Source: the human T2T-CHM13v2.0 reference genome, Homo sapiens. From it: a stretch of 64,000 bases of DNA. The first letter of the stretch is position 1; each line of letters opens with the position of its first letter. The translations under genes were made by a program, and so were the position numbers. Under the pieces are notes generated by a model, which was not told where the DNA came from, searched no databases, and was given only the letters and a program-made list of their open reading frames with translations. The stretch lies in NCBI RefSeq assembly GCF_009914755.1, contig NC_060930.1; one strand, given 5' to 3'. This document shows positions 62,615-64,000 of the stretch, piece by piece.

Positions 62615-63095
62615 ACAATAAGATCACATGGACACAGGAAGGGGAATATCACACTCTGGGGACTGTGGTGGGGTCGGGGGAGGGGGGAGGGATAGCATTG
62701 GGAGATATACCTAATGCTAGATGACACATTAGTGGGTGCAGCGCACCAGCATGGCACATGTATACATATGTAACTAACCTGCACAATGTGCACATGTACC
62801 CTAAAACTTAGAGTATAATAAAAAAAAAAGAAAAAGAAAAAACTAAAAATATAAGCAAAAAAAAAAAAAAAAAAAAAAAAGAAAACAATGCCACGATGTC
62901 AGACTGAGTCACATCAATCTTCTAACTGCCCACCACAGCCACAGCGCAACTCAACGACACCCACACGGGTATCTGCGTCCTGGAATTGGACTTTTACATT
63001 TTTATTTTAATGAAAATGATGTATTACATATAAGTAAAACAACACCTTTAAAGATGGAAAAGACCCTTTTTTTCAAGCCTCAATTTCAGTTCTAG

Positions 63096-63391
63096 TGGGA
63101 CAGCCAGGTGGGAGGGGGTCCCTGGAGAAACTCCAACCAGCCTGCCCTCTGCAGTGGGGAGGAGCCTGGCCCCTCCTCCTCCTGTGTGGAACCCGAGATT
63201 CAGGCTGAGCGCCGGAAGCCGTCTAGCAGGGACTCTGGCCTAGCGAGAGTCCCTGTTTCCCCCTTTTCTTCCTTTTCACCTAATAAAACCCTGTCTTACC
63301 CACCCTTCAAATTGTCTTGCAAGCCTGAATTTTTGTGGTCATGGGACACAGAACCCCGTCCATGGCTGAACTAAGGAAAAGTCCTGCAACA
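63096..63391 (+). mobile_element. MER61-family ERV1 solo LTR
   Basis: TGGGACAGCCAGGTGGGAGGGGGTCCCTGGAGAAACTCC...AATAAAACCC...AAGTCCTGCAACA. Confidence 0.8.
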
Positions 63392-63975
63392 TCAGAACCT
63401 TCAGTTCCGCATAATTAAAGCTCAATGCAAAAGAATCATGAGCATAAGCCCTCTAAGAGCATAAATAATCAAGTGTTGCTGATGTTCCTTAATATTTGTG
63501 CGTTTTCAGCCTACACCCGCACATATCTAAACTGTTATCAATGGCAGGAATGAGTCAAGACTTCAGTGAGGCAGCACATATTTCAATACAATGCAACTTC
63601 GCTGGCCACAATCAATAGAGTGTTTTTCACTATGCCATGCTTTGAGTATTCAGCAATCACTTCAGAATGGCAGACTGCCGTAAAATAGAGGCCAAATCCT
63701 ACCCAGAGAAATTTTATGGTTTAAACAGATGTTCTAGAGAATTACTGAACATTAATGTCCCAGTCCTAAGGTATTATGGCCAGTTAATAAGTGACATGGT
63801 GAACCATTGTGTTGCAACAAAACATAGTAGGTACTTGCCTTGAATAAATCAATTCTTTATTGTCATATTTTTGTGTCTTTCTCCAGATAAGACGGGCTGC
63901 TCTTTGAAAGTAAAAAGTACGTCTTTTTGCTTTGTATTTCTATGACTAGCACTGTGGCCGAGCTACGGTGTGCAG

Positions 63976-64000
63976 TGGATGGATGGATGGATGATGGATG
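63976..64000. repeat. (TGGA)n simple repeat running off the window edge
   Basis: Read directly. Confidence 0.8.

Noticed and set aside
62657-62691. G-quadruplex-forming G-rich tract
   Set aside because: Standard part of every L1HS 3'UTR, not specific to this locus.

Overview
Primate, almost certainly human, repeat-rich intronic or intergenic DNA. It holds about 18 Alus or Alu fragments, old L1M/L2/MIR relics, eight solo LTRs (MLT2A, MER21, THE1, MST, MER61), Tigger/hAT fossils, microsatellites and a 1.43-kb 15/19-bp minisatellite. I could not recognise any host protein-coding exon. The standout is a very young L1HS Ta-1 insertion (58878-62880, perfect 12-bp TSD) that is internally deleted rather than simply 5'-truncated. 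The first 19 nt of the L1 5' end (the YY1 site) are joined by a 5-nt filler to ORF2 codon ~40, removing about 2.1 kb (5'UTR, ORF1, ORF2 aa 1-39). This puts the YY1-site ATG, in strong Kozak and TISU-like context, in frame with an otherwise intact 1241-aa ORF2, giving a potential monocistronic RT-only L1. Its tail also appears to carry a short 3' transduction. Two locally templated insertions (a ~150-bp inverted copy and a 62-bp direct Alu copy) lie at 30-34 kb. All repeat family and subfamily calls come from recalled consensus sequences, not from a RepeatMasker run.
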